From an uncultured Armatimonadetes bacterium (GTDB taxonomy: Bacteria > Armatimonadota > Hebobacteria > Hebobacterales > Hebobacteraceae): a DNA stretch of 64,000 nt. Below the pieces are notes generated by a model. It had not been told where the DNA came from and did not search any database. It worked only from the letters and a program-made list of their open reading frames with translations. Shown piece by piece: positions 38,201 to 48,266 of the stretch; the first letter of the stretch is position 1, and each line of letters opens with the position of its first letter. A program made the translations under genes and the position numbers. Where the stretch lies: assembly GCA_963716175.1 (NCBI GenBank), contig OY970296.1, positions 1,408,001-1,472,000 on the forward strand, read 5' to 3'.

Positions 38201-41200
38201 ATGACCTCCCGCTGCCTGCTCGCTCTCGCCCTGCTGCTGGGGCTGGCCTCTCCGCGGCCGCGCAGAGAGGCCCAGTCACGGTCGCCGATATCCGCCAGGC
38301 CTCGCCAGCCGAGCAACTGCTGGCCGTCAGTCTCCAGGGCCTGGCGAACCGGCATCCGGAGGGGCCTCAGGTCTTCCTGCTCGCCAACCCGCGCGACGAG
38401 GAGTGGCTCCAGTACTGCCTGCGGCTCTCGCCCGGCCCCACGGAATCGGTCACCGTCGAGCAGCTCTTCCAGCGCCTGCGGCCCGAGCTGAAAGGGCAGA
38501 TCCGGTACGATCCGGCGCAGCCCTATACCATCGATATCGCCACCACCGCGGCCGGGCTGCAGCAGGCGGTGATGGCGGCGGATGATCTTGGCCTGCCCAC
38601 GTTGCTGGATCTGCGGGGCCGGTGGCAGTCGGCCTCCGAGGCCTACGCCTGGGCCGCCTCCGCACTGCTTCCCAAGTGCAACCAGAATCACGCCGCGCTG
38701 CTGCCGGGCCAGGCGGTGGCAATGCGTGACTTCGCCATCCAGGAGCGGATGTTCACTTTCGGCGCACCCGCCTCCCCGGATGACCTGGGCTTCCAGGACA
38801 TCCTGCTGCATCTGGCCCCGGGGGCCGCGATCTACGGGGAGGCTTCGCCTGAGCTGGGCGCGGCGATCAGCAGCAACTCCCATTTTGTGGTGCCGGCGGC
38901 GCAGGCGGCCAATCTCTCGTTCTTGTCCCGCCTCGACCGGGGCCGGCCCTTCTACCAGTACTTCGCCTATGTCGAGCCCACCGCGACGCGCTATCTCACC
39001 CTGATCTTCGACTGCTCCGACCTGAGTTTCGCCGTCAACGATATGCCTCTGATCTGGGAGCGGTTCACCCGCGGCACGCTGCCCCTGGGATGGGCCCTCC
39101 CTGGGGCACTGGCGGAGGCCGCCCCCCCGGTGCTGCACCGCTACTATGGCGATGGCTATCGCTCCGGGATTGACGGGTTTGCGTTGGGCCCCAGCGGGGC
39201 CGGCGAGATGGAGGTCGCGGCTGCCGGCGCGCCCTTCGCCTTCTTCCAGGCCACCGCCCGCGCGGTGGGGACTCTGGACGCTCACACCGCGCTCTTGGCG
39301 CCGCCGGCCGCCTTCGAAGAACTGGGCCCGACCATCACCCGTTTCGCCAGTGAGACCGGGGTGCGAGGGGTGTTCGTGCTCTCCCCACCTGACTTCGAGC
39401 CACTGCTCTATGGCGGCGTTCCGGCGGTGGCCGCGCCCCGGGTGGACAGCGTGGCGGCCGCAGTCTCTTATCTGGACCGCATTCCGCTGGAGCGGCGGTT
39501 TGCCGCGCTGGTGCTGAACCCGCGATGGCTGACGCCGGCCGATGCCGTCCACATTGCAGCTCATGTGGCACGCCGTTTCGCGGTGGTTCCGCCGGAGCAA
39601 CTCGTGGACTTGGTGCGCGTGACGGCTGAGGCCTTGGATTCAGGTGCGTCGCAGGTGGCGGTCACCGCGTTGAGCTACCCGGAGCGGCTGGACCCGAGCC
39701 TGCCGGCCCCGGTGAAGGCGGTGATCCAGGGGCCGGGCGGCGTGGCCTCTGCCGACCTGCTCTACCGCGCCGCAACCTCCCTGGTCTCCTGCTACCAGGT
39801 GATGCTAGCGGGAGAAGACGGCTATCGGGCGGAGCTTCCTCCCCTGCTGTGCGGAGGTGAAATCGGGCTCAGCATCCACACCATTGACGGTGCGGGCCGG
39901 ACTTCCTGGTCACCCGCCGTGAGCATCCAGGTCCCGCGGGCGGATGCCGATGGCGATGGGCTGAGCGACGCCGAGGAGGGCTTCCTGCTCACAGACTCCA
40001 AGGTCGCTGACACCGACGGAGACGGCCTCTTGGATGGGGCCGACCCGGCCCCGCTGCGGCCCGACCGCATCACGGTGACCTACCTGGGGCCGGTGAATCC
40101 GCCCAGCGACCTTCCCTATCTGCCTGATGTCGGCGGGAGCAGCGCCGACCTGGAGGGCCGGCATCTGCAGGCCGGCCAGGGCTGCCTCTACTGGCTCCCA
40201 CTGGCCCAGCTCCCACCAGGAGCCCCCGCGGTGGCAGGGCTGGAGGCTTGGGGTCCGGCCCAGGTGGCCTTCTCCGCTGATGGCGTCGCCTTCTCCGATC
40301 AGTTCAGCGGCGACCTGGCAGGTATCTGGTATAGCGGGGCTCTGTCCGGCGCCTATCCCGGGGGACTCTTTGTGCGCATCACCTGCCCGTCCGGGGCCTC
40401 CCGCGAGCTGCTGATTCATGGGCTAGGCGTCTTCTCGCCGCCGGACGCTCCCTCCATCTGGGCGATCGGGTGCTATCCCCTCCACCCGGGGCCCGAGCAG
40501 GAGATGCTCATCTCCGCCACCATCTTCAGCCCGAAGCAGATTGCCGGGGCCTCGCTCGCCTACCGGGTCAACGCAGGCGGCGAGATCACCATTCCCATGC
40601 TGGCAATCGGTAAGTCTCAGCGCTACCAGGCGCGCCTCCCGGCGCTCGAGAACCGCGACCAATTGGAGTGGTGGGTCAGCGCCCGGGACGGCGAAGGCGA
40701 AGCAGTGGCCACCACGCCCGTGTCTCTGTCCATCGGGGCGCGGGCGCGGGAGACCATCTCGCTGCTGGCCGGGCGGGAGTTCGTCGGCGATTGGTCCTCC
40801 GGCAGCGACTGGGAGGGGGCCGGGCGTGTCGCCCCGGAGGCCGGCCTGCGGGATTCCGCGGCCGTCCATCTCACCGGAGGGCTCTACGCCGTGTGGGTGC
40901 TGGCCGGGGGGCGCGGGCAGGGGATCGGCGTCTACGTGGACGATGGCAGGGCGGGCGGCATTGACCCGGAGAGGCCGGACGGATGGCAGCAGGCGGGCAG
41001 AGTGCGGCTGGAGGCAGGCCGCTATCACGTGCACGTGGTTTCGGAGGCTGGCCCCCGGGCCCCGGCCGGGGCCCAGCCCCGCTATGCGGAGGTGGTGCTG
41101 ACGGCCGACACCTCCTTCCGACCTCCAGTGAATCGGATGGTGGATGTCTACAACTCTCTGGTGCTGCTCGCGCCTCGCCCGGAGGAGACGCTCAGCGGTC

Positions 41201-41415
41201 GAGTGGAGCTGCGGGCCACGGGCGCGGGCAACCTGACCGCAGTCGAGTTCTCGCTGGACGGCCAGCTCCTGCGCCGGGTCAGCGGGCCCCCGTTCCTGTT
41301 CTCCCTGAACACGGAGCGAGTGGCCAATGGCTCCCACCAACTCAAGGTGCAGGCCGTGGATCGCGCCGGGAGCGCCGGGCTCAGTCTGGAGATCCCGGTG
41401 ATGGTGGCGAACTGA
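38201..41415 (+). CDS. Large secreted multidomain protein (GxGYxYP-like N-domain, DxDxDG Ca-binding repeats, Ig-like C-domain); apparent frameshift in the signal peptide near 38255
   Basis: MTSRCLLALALLLGL signal; LLAVSLQGLANR, IATTAAGL, MRDFAI, PLGWAL; DADGDGLSDAEE, DTDGDGLLDGAD; VEFSLDG..PPFLFSLNT..NGSHQLKVQAVD. Confidence 0.65.
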
Positions 41416-41454
41416 GGCCCACGTCTGGCTCCGCACCCCCGGTGCCACCACCGA

Positions 41455-41466
41455 TTGTGGAATAAC
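41455..41466 (+). promoter_or_regulatory. Conserved 12-mer TTGTGGAATAAC (copy 1; also at 43375-43386 and 46649-46660)
   Basis: Exact AT-rich 12-mer upstream of three genes of the same signalling cluster. Confidence 0.55.
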
Positions 41467-41550
41467 CCCGACAGCGCGGATCGGCGGGCGCGCGCCTCCC
41501 TTGGCCTGGAGCCAGTGGTGGCGCCTTTGGGCGGGCGGCATACAACTCAG

Positions 41551-43326
41551 ATGACAGCGCTAGCGGGGCAGCAGATTCCTGTCGGCTTCGGCCGGGGCCG
41601 GCAGACGAATAGGATTGTCGTTTTCCGGACCAGCACCGTGCTCTCCGAATCCATCCCGCCGGAGCTCTACCAGTGGGGGCCGGAGGAGCATCTCGACTAC
41701 TGGTCGCAGGCGGCGGTGGATGGGTTCGTCTTCGGTGCGGAGGCTACTGGCTTCGACTTCGTCTGGCGGACCTGGAAGAAGGGCGAGTCACAAGCGAAGG
41801 CCGTGGAAGGTCTGCTCGCGCACGACGCGGTGATCGTGCTGGTCCCGCGAGACGAGGATACCTCCCTGATCCAGCAGCTCGCCGCTTGCGGCCTGCCGGT
41901 GGTGCTGGCCTATGGTCGCCGCCCCGACCCGCGCCTGCCCTGGGTGGCCTGTGACAATGCGGGCGGGATCAGCCAGGCCGTGCGCCACCTGGCGCGCCTG
42001 GGGCACCAGCGGATCGCCTATCTGGGCGGGCCGCCCAACGTCTCCGACTATCACGAGCGCCAACAAGGATATCTGGCCGGCATCGCTGCGGTGGGCCTGC
42101 CTGTTGACCCCGGCCTGATGATTGACCGCGGCGCCACCTATGAACCGGAGGACATGAGGGCGATGGCCTCTCACCTGCTCCGGCAGCACCCTCGCCCCAC
42201 CGCCATGGTCTGCGCCTCGGATTCGATGGCGAGTGCGGTCATCGAGCAGGCCTGGGAGATGGGGCTCAATGTGCCCGGAGACTTGGCCGTGACCGGGTTC
42301 GACGACTCTCAGGAAGCGCTGCAGACCATCCCTCATCTCACTACCATCCGGCAGCCGGTGCTCGAGATCGCCAATCGGGCCATGTACCTGGCGGCCTGCG
42401 CGGCAGTGGGGCAGGAGCCGGGCACCGGGAGCTGGCAGCTCGAGCTGCCGGTGAGCCTGGTGATTCGGGAATCCTGCGGGCCGGCGCCGGGGGCCAAGGC
42501 TCCGGCGGGAGAGCATCCGGCGCCAGAGGCCGGTCCCCAGACCGTGCGCCAGGAGCTGGAGTGGCGGATGCGGCAGTTGGCCGGGATGAACCAGGAGATG
42601 CGGGAGCTGCTCTATGTCGCCTCCCACGATCTGCGGGCGCCGCTGATCACCATTCAGGGTTTCGCCGGCACCCTGGAGCGCAAGTATGGGCAGGCCCTGG
42701 ACGAGCGCGGGAGGGACTACCTGTTCCGCATCCGGCGCAGCGTGGACAACATGCGGGAGCTGATTGACGCCCTGCTGTCCTTGTCCCGCGCCCACAACCA
42801 GCCGCTGGACCTGCGGCCGGTGTCCAGCCGGGAGGTGGTCGAGCGGGTGCTGTCTGACCTGGAGAGCACGATCGCGCAGAAGCGGGCGCGCATGCGCGTC
42901 GCCCGGCACCTGCCGACCGTGGTGGTGGACGAACTGGCGCTGTACCAGGTATTCCTGAACCTGATCGGCAATGCGCTCAAGTATCTGGGAGACCAGCCGG
43001 CCGCGCTTATCTCCATTTCCTACCAGCTCCGGCCGGAGGAGCATGAGTTCTCGGTGCAGGACAACGGGGTGGGGATTGCGCCGGACCACCAGGAGGAAGT
43101 GTTCCAGGCGTTTCGGCGTCTGGGGGAGGTAGAGACGGAAGGCGCGGGGATTGGCCTGACCACGGTGAAGCGCGTCATCCTGCGGCACGGGGGACGGATC
43201 TGGGTTGACTCCCAGAAGGGACAGGGCGCCACTTTCCGCTTCACTCTGCCGCGGAGGGAGGTCAACTATGACCGCGACAGCGCCGATGGCGTCCAGACTC
43301 AACCGCACTCTGGCGTGGCGCGCTAG
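41551..43326 (+). CDS. LacI-type ligand-binding domain fused to histidine kinase (copy 1)
   Basis: WVACDNAGG..HLARLGHQRIAY..PTAMVCASD..VPGDLAVTGFDD..LTTIRQP..LVIRESCG then YVASHDLRAPL, NLIGNALKY, DNGVGI, GIGL, GQGATF; no TM segment, no HTH. Confidence 0.9.
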   Translation: MTALAGQQIPVGFGRGRQTNRIVVFRTSTVLSESIPPELYQWGPEEHLDYWSQAAVDGFVFGAEATGFDFVWRTWKKGESQAKAVEGLLAHDAVIVLVPRDEDTSLIQQLAACGLPVVLAYGRRPDPRLPWVACDNAGGISQAVRHLARLGHQRIAYLGGPPNVSDYHERQQGYLAGIAAVGLPVDPGLMIDRGATYEPEDMRAMASHLLRQHPRPTAMVCASDSMASAVIEQAWEMGLNVPGDLAVTGFDDSQEALQTIPHLTTIRQPVLEIANRAMYLAACAAVGQEPGTGSWQLELPVSLVIRESCGPAPGAKAPAGEHPAPEAGPQTVRQELEWRMRQLAGMNQEMRELLYVASHDLRAPLITIQGFAGTLERKYGQALDERGRDYLFRIRRSVDNMRELIDALLSLSRAHNQPLDLRPVSSREVVERVLSDLESTIAQKRARMRVARHLPTVVVDELALYQVFLNLIGNALKYLGDQPAALISISYQLRPEEHEFSVQDNGVGIAPDHQEEVFQAFRRLGEVETEGAGIGLTTVKRVILRHGGRIWVDSQKGQGATFRFTLPRREVNYDRDSADGVQTQPHSGVAR

Positions 43327-43419
43327 ACGCGGTGCCTGCGCCGCCGCAGGGCCGGTCCGAGGTCGGCATCCGGTTTGTGGAATAACCGTGGGAATGTCGC
43401 CGACACGAGAGTTCGAGAC

Positions 43420-45198
43420 ATGATCACCCAGCTGGTCTCGCCCCGGGTGCCGGTCGGCTTCGGGCGAGGCCGCGTCACCAATAGGATCGTTGTGCTCGAA
43501 GCCGAGACCGCCGTCTGGCCCCGTGACCCTTCTTTCATCTCCCAATGGGGGCCCGAGGAGCGGCTGGACCCCTGGGAGCTGGCCGCCGCCAACGGCTTCA
43601 TCTACGGCGCCAGGGAAGCCGGATTCGATCTGGCCTGGAAGTTCTGGAGGCAGGAGCAGTCGGCAGAGGAGCTGGCGGCAGCTCTGCTCGGCTACGACGC
43701 CATCATCTTCCCCGCCCCCCATGACGAGCACATGCCGCTGGTTGAGCTGCTGGCGGAGTCGGGCCTGCCCCTGGTGCTGGCCTTCTCCCGCCGTCTGGAC
43801 CCGCGCTGGTGTTGGGTGGCCTGCGACAATCGGGCAGGTATGGCGCAGGTGGTCCGCCATCTGGCGCGCCTGGGTCACAGGCGGATTGCCTTCGTCGGAG
43901 GGCCGCGCAACATCCATGACTTCCGGGAGCGGGAGCAAGGCTACCTCACCGGTATGGCCACTGTCGGTTTGTCGCTCGACCCTGCTCTGATCGTGGCACT
44001 CAACGACTACCGAGAGCCGGCCGAGCTGAACAGCGTCGCCACCGCCTTGCTGGGCCAACCCAACCGCCCGACCGCGGTGGTCTGTGGCGATGATGGCATC
44101 GCCTGCGGGATGATCGAGCAGCTGTCCGCGCTAGGCCTCAGGGTGCCAGAGGATCTGGCGGTCACTGGTTTCGACGACTCTGAGGAGGCACTGCAGACCA
44201 TCCCTCATCTCACTACCATCCGGCAGCCCGTGGTGGAGATCGCAAACCAGGCCTGTTACCTGGCGGCCTGCGCGGTGCTGGGTCAGCAGCCGGCAACGGG
44301 GAGCTGGCAGCTCGAACTGCCGGTGAGCCTGGTGATTCGGGAATCCTGCGGGGCGGCACCGGGGGTCAAGGCTCCGGCGGGAGAGCATCCGGCGCCAGAG
44401 GCCGGCCCCCAGACTGTGCGCCAGGAGCTGGAGTGGCGGATGCGGCAGCTGGCGGCGATGACCCAGGAGATGCAGGAGCTGCTCTATGTCGCCTCCCACG
44501 ATCTGCGGGCCCCGCTGATCACCATTCAGGGTTTCGCCGGCACCCTGGAGCGCAAGTATGGGCAGGCTCTGGATGAGCGCGGGAGGGACTACCTGTTTCG
44601 CATCCGGCGCAGCGTGGACAACATGCGGGAGCTGATTGACGCCCTGCTGTCCTTGTCCCGCGCCCACAACCAGCCGCTGGACCTGCGGCCGGCGTCCAGC
44701 CAGGAGGCGATCGAGCGGGTGCTGTCTGACCTGGAGAGCACGATCGTGGAGAAGGGGGCGCGGGTGCGGGTGGGGCAGAAGATGCCCACGGTGGTGGCGG
44801 ACCAGCTGGCGCTGTACCAAGTGTTCCTGAACCTGGTGGGGAACGCGCTGAAGTACCTTGGGCAGCAGCGGGCGCCGCTGATCGCGATCACCCACCAGCT
44901 CCGGCCGGAGGAGCATGAGTTCTCGGTGCAGGACAACGGGGTGGGGATTGCGCCGGAGCACCAGGAGGAAGTGTTCCAGGCGTTTCGGCGCTTGGGGGAG
45001 GTAGAGACGGAAGGCGCGGGGATTGGCTTGACCACGGTGAAGCGCATTATCTTGCGGCACGGGGGACGGATCTGGGTTGACTCCCAGAAGGGACAAGGCG
45101 CCACTTTCCGCTTCACCCTGCCGCGGAGGGAGGTCAACTATGACAGCGAGAACGCCGACGGCGATCAAACTCAGCGACATCCTCATCATCGAGGATAA
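43420..45198 (+). CDS. LacI-type ligand-binding domain fused to histidine kinase (copy 2)
   Basis: Same architecture; kinase half nearly identical to copy 1 at the DNA level. Confidence 0.9.
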   Translation: MITQLVSPRVPVGFGRGRVTNRIVVLEAETAVWPRDPSFISQWGPEERLDPWELAAANGFIYGAREAGFDLAWKFWRQEQSAEELAAALLGYDAIIFPAPHDEHMPLVELLAESGLPLVLAFSRRLDPRWCWVACDNRAGMAQVVRHLARLGHRRIAFVGGPRNIHDFREREQGYLTGMATVGLSLDPALIVALNDYREPAELNSVATALLGQPNRPTAVVCGDDGIACGMIEQLSALGLRVPEDLAVTGFDDSEEALQTIPHLTTIRQPVVEIANQACYLAACAVLGQQPATGSWQLELPVSLVIRESCGAAPGVKAPAGEHPAPEAGPQTVRQELEWRMRQLAAMTQEMQELLYVASHDLRAPLITIQGFAGTLERKYGQALDERGRDYLFRIRRSVDNMRELIDALLSLSRAHNQPLDLRPASSQEAIERVLSDLESTIVEKGARVRVGQKMPTVVADQLALYQVFLNLVGNALKYLGQQRAPLIAITHQLRPEEHEFSVQDNGVGIAPEHQEEVFQAFRRLGEVETEGAGIGLTTVKRIILRHGGRIWVDSQKGQGATFRFTLPRREVNYDSENADGDQTQRHPHHRG

Positions 45199-45613
45199 CG
45201 AGGATCACCTGTCTCTTACGCTAGAGGCCCTGGAGGACGCGGGGCTGCAGAATCCGGTGCAGAGCGCGACCACGCTGGCGCAGGCGCGGGTCTACCTGCG
45301 GGAGTGCGCGGCGAAGGCGCAAGCCGGGGCCGATTCCCTGCCCTGCGTGATTCTGCTGGATGTCCGGCTCCCCGACGGATCGGGGATGGAGGTGCTGCGG
45401 GAGATCAAGCAGGAACCCCTGCTGCGGTCCATCCCGGTGGTGGTGCTCACCAGTTCGGACGACACGCCGGATGTGCAGAGCGCCTACCTGCTGGGGGCCA
45501 ACAGCTATCTGGTGAAACCGATCGCGTTCGAGGATTTCCACCGCAAGGTGCGAGACGCCGGGCTCTACTGGGCGCTGCTGAATCATTGGTGCCAACCCGA
45601 CTCTCGCGGGTAG
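45140..45613 (+). CDS. Single-domain response regulator, Rcp1/bacteriophytochrome-cognate type
   Basis: ILIIEDNED, ILLDVRLP, IPVVVLTSS..DVQSAYLLGANSYLVKP..GLYW; RBS GGAGG. Confidence 0.9.
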   Translation: MTARTPTAIKLSDILIIEDNEDHLSLTLEALEDAGLQNPVQSATTLAQARVYLRECAAKAQAGADSLPCVILLDVRLPDGSGMEVLREIKQEPLLRSIPVVVLTSSDDTPDVQSAYLLGANSYLVKPIAFEDFHRKVRDAGLYWALLNHWCQPDSRG

Positions 45614-45620
45614 AGTTGCC

Positions 45621-46544
45621 ATGGCGAAGGACGGACAGCTACTGCTGCCGACGCGGGCGGTCCCCAGCGACGCTCTCACCATCGCTTTGGTGGAGGACGA
45701 CCCGGACCACGCTCTGCTGGCCTTGGAGGCCTTGGAGGAGCGAGGGCATCGGGTGGTGCTCTATCGCTGCGCCGGCGACGCCCTGGCCGCCTATCGGCCC
45801 CGGGCCTGGGATGCCATCATCCTCGACTACCGCCTTCCCGACATGAGCGGACTGGAGGCGCTGGACCGCTTCCTCTCCAGGCCGGAGCCTCCGCCGGTGG
45901 TGATGATCACCGCCAGCGGAAGTGAGGAGATCGCAGTGGCCGCGATGAAGCGGGGGGCGAAGGACTACGTGGTGAAGACCGGCACCCACGGCATGGACCT
46001 GGCGCGCGCGGTGGAGCTGGCGGCGGCGAAGCAGCGGATGCAGGACGTGGTGTCACTCCACCAGCGGGAGCTGGAGCGGCGGGCCAACACCGATGCCCTC
46101 ACCGGGCTGCTCAACCGCCACCGCCTGGCGGATGAGCTGAGCATCGCCGCCCTCCGCGCCGCCCTCCGCGGCGACCGCTACGCCATCGCCATGCTCGACA
46201 TTGACGGCTTCAAGCATATCAACGACACCTGCGGCCACGCCGCGGGCGACATGCTGCTGGCCGAGTTCGCCGCGCTGCTGCGGAGCTGCACCCGGAAAGA
46301 GGATCTCCTGGCCCGCTATGGCGGGGATGAGTTCGTGGTGGTGATGCCGGGCGTGGACGAGCGGTCCTGCCTGATCGTGATCGAGCGCATCCGCGCCGCC
46401 CTGGGTGATTTCGAGGCCGCTCGCCGCTTGCATTGCGCGATCTCGGTGAGCATCGGGATCGCCGATTGCTCGGCCGGAGACCCGGAGGACGTGCTGGCGG
46501 CGGCCGACAGCGCCATGTACCGGAACAAAGCGGCGCGGGGCTGA
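45621..46544 (+). CDS. REC-GGDEF diguanylate cyclase
   Basis: LVEDDPDH, ILDYRLPD, DYVVK; TDALTGLLNR, RKED I-site, RYGGDEF. Confidence 0.93.
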   Translation: MAKDGQLLLPTRAVPSDALTIALVEDDPDHALLALEALEERGHRVVLYRCAGDALAAYRPRAWDAIILDYRLPDMSGLEALDRFLSRPEPPPVVMITASGSEEIAVAAMKRGAKDYVVKTGTHGMDLARAVELAAAKQRMQDVVSLHQRELERRANTDALTGLLNRHRLADELSIAALRAALRGDRYAIAMLDIDGFKHINDTCGHAAGDMLLAEFAALLRSCTRKEDLLARYGGDEFVVVMPGVDERSCLIVIERIRAALGDFEAARRLHCAISVSIGIADCSAGDPEDVLAAADSAMYRNKAARG

Positions 46545-46664
46545 CGTCGTCTTGCCTCCCGCTCGCTCGGCGGCCGCCTGGCGCTCTGCGCCTGACCCCT
46601 CTCGAAGCCCGGCAAGGCTGCTTCTCTGGCCGCCTGCGGCCTGCGTGCTTGTGGAATAACAGCA

Positions 46665-48266
46665 TTGGCGCCGGCCGGCGGTGCGGCGTCATCTCGGGCG
46701 GAGGCAGTGGCGCTGCGAGCGGAGCTACATCTACTGGGGCCCCGGCAGACGCGCATCATCCGGGGCATCGTGCTGCTCACGGCCGCGGCTACTGGCGGGC
46801 TGGACGCGGTAGCCGAGGGGCACCTGTGGGCCGGCCTGGCCTTGGCCTTGGGGGGGTCGGCCTACGTCGCCATGACCACCCTGGCTCGCGCGGCCGTGGC
46901 AGACGATTCGCCCCATCACATGGCGCTGGCAGCGGTGGACCTGCTCATGATCACCGCCATCGTGTGGGTCACCGGCGGCGTTCGCAGTGAGTATTACCTG
47001 CTCTACTATGGCCCCATCCTTTATGCGGCGCTGCGGCTGCAGGTGCGGGATGGCATTGCCGCCAGCGTACTGGCGGCGGTGCTCTACCTGTTTGTGGCGA
47101 TGGCCGGCCCGGGGCGAGGCGCGGTGGTGACCACGGCCCCACTCCGGGTGCTGGCGGTGGCTGTCTCCGCCGCCATCATGGTGATTTTCTTCGCTCTGCT
47201 GCGGCAGGAAGCGGCGGCCTATGAGAGCCTGCGAGACCACCTCCACGACTCCTTGCGCCGGGTGAGCGCGGTCTACGACGTGGCCCATGCCGCCAACATC
47301 GGGGCCGGCCTGAGCGCGGTGCTGTCGGTGCTGCTGGAGCAGTCGGCTCTGGTCACCGGCGCCGACCGCGGCGCCATCGCTCTGCTGGCATCACGTGATC
47401 AGCTCCAGCTCGCCGCTACTCTGGGGCCAGACCCGGCGGAGACCGCCAGGGAGGCAGTTGCCGAGCCAGCGCTCCGGGCTCTGGCTGCTGGCACCACGGT
47501 CACTCTGGATGAGAATGGCAGGGCCGCGGGGTCCGGAGCCGGCGGGGTAGCGCGGTCGGTGTACGTTCCGCTGATCACGCCTGGGGGCTCGATCGGGGTG
47601 CTCACGCTCCACTCCCGGCCCTCCCGCAAGCTGCGCCGTGCGCACCAGGAGTTCCTGGCCGGCCTCTGCTCGGAGGCGGCCACCGCCATCGAGAACGTGC
47701 AGCTGCGGGCCCAACTTTACCACCTGGCGAGCACCGATCATCTCACCGGGCTGTGCAATCGCCGCGAGATCGAGCGGCTGCTCGGCCTGGAAGCGGACCG
47801 CGCTCATCGCTACCGCCGGCCGATGACGCTGGTGCTGATGGACATTGACAACCTGAAGCACGTGAATGACTGCCATGGGCATTCGGTCGGGGACCAAGTG
47901 CTATCCGCCCTGGGCCGGATGCTGATCACCGCTCTGCGGAGCTCGGACCGAGCCGGGCGCATGGGAGGGGACGAGTTCCTGGTGGTCCTGCCCGAGAGCG
48001 ATGAGTGCGCGGGCGCGGCGCTGGCCGATCGCATCCGGGAGGGATTCAGCCGGGAGCTGCGGGAGCTGGCAGAGTGGCGGGAGCTGGCTATCCCGGTAGG
48101 CCTGAGCGCCGGTGTGGCGGGCAGCAGCGAGGGCGACATGTTGGCCAGTGAGCTGCTGGCGCGCGCGGATCAGGCGCTTTACACCGCGAAGAGAACCGGC
48201 AGGAACCGGACCTGTATGGCTGAGGTCGGGGGCGCGGTGGCGGCCGAGCGCGCAGCTACCTGGTAG
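46665..48266 (+). CDS. Membrane-anchored GAF-GGDEF diguanylate cyclase
   Basis: About 6 TM segments, GAF (VPLITPGGSIGVL..AATAIEN), TDHLTGLCNRR, RSSD I-site, RMGGDEF; start uncertain. Confidence 0.9.
   Translation: MAPAGGAASSRAEAVALRAELHLLGPRQTRIIRGIVLLTAAATGGLDAVAEGHLWAGLALALGGSAYVAMTTLARAAVADDSPHHMALAAVDLLMITAIVWVTGGVRSEYYLLYYGPILYAALRLQVRDGIAASVLAAVLYLFVAMAGPGRGAVVTTAPLRVLAVAVSAAIMVIFFALLRQEAAAYESLRDHLHDSLRRVSAVYDVAHAANIGAGLSAVLSVLLEQSALVTGADRGAIALLASRDQLQLAATLGPDPAETAREAVAEPALRALAAGTTVTLDENGRAAGSGAGGVARSVYVPLITPGGSIGVLTLHSRPSRKLRRAHQEFLAGLCSEAATAIENVQLRAQLYHLASTDHLTGLCNRREIERLLGLEADRAHRYRRPMTLVLMDIDNLKHVNDCHGHSVGDQVLSALGRMLITALRSSDRAGRMGGDEFLVVLPESDECAGAALADRIREGFSRELRELAEWRELAIPVGLSAGVAGSSEGDMLASELLARADQALYTAKRTGRNRTCMAEVGGAVAAERAATW

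Noticed and set aside
1800-38260. About nine split genes (near 1810, 9490, 11450, 15062, 22635, 23752, 25880, 28045, 38255) as pseudogenes, phase variation or programmed frameshifts
   Set aside because: They are single small indels, several in G/C runs, with both halves intact and including recR; long-read consensus error is the simplest explanation. Read polishing would decide.
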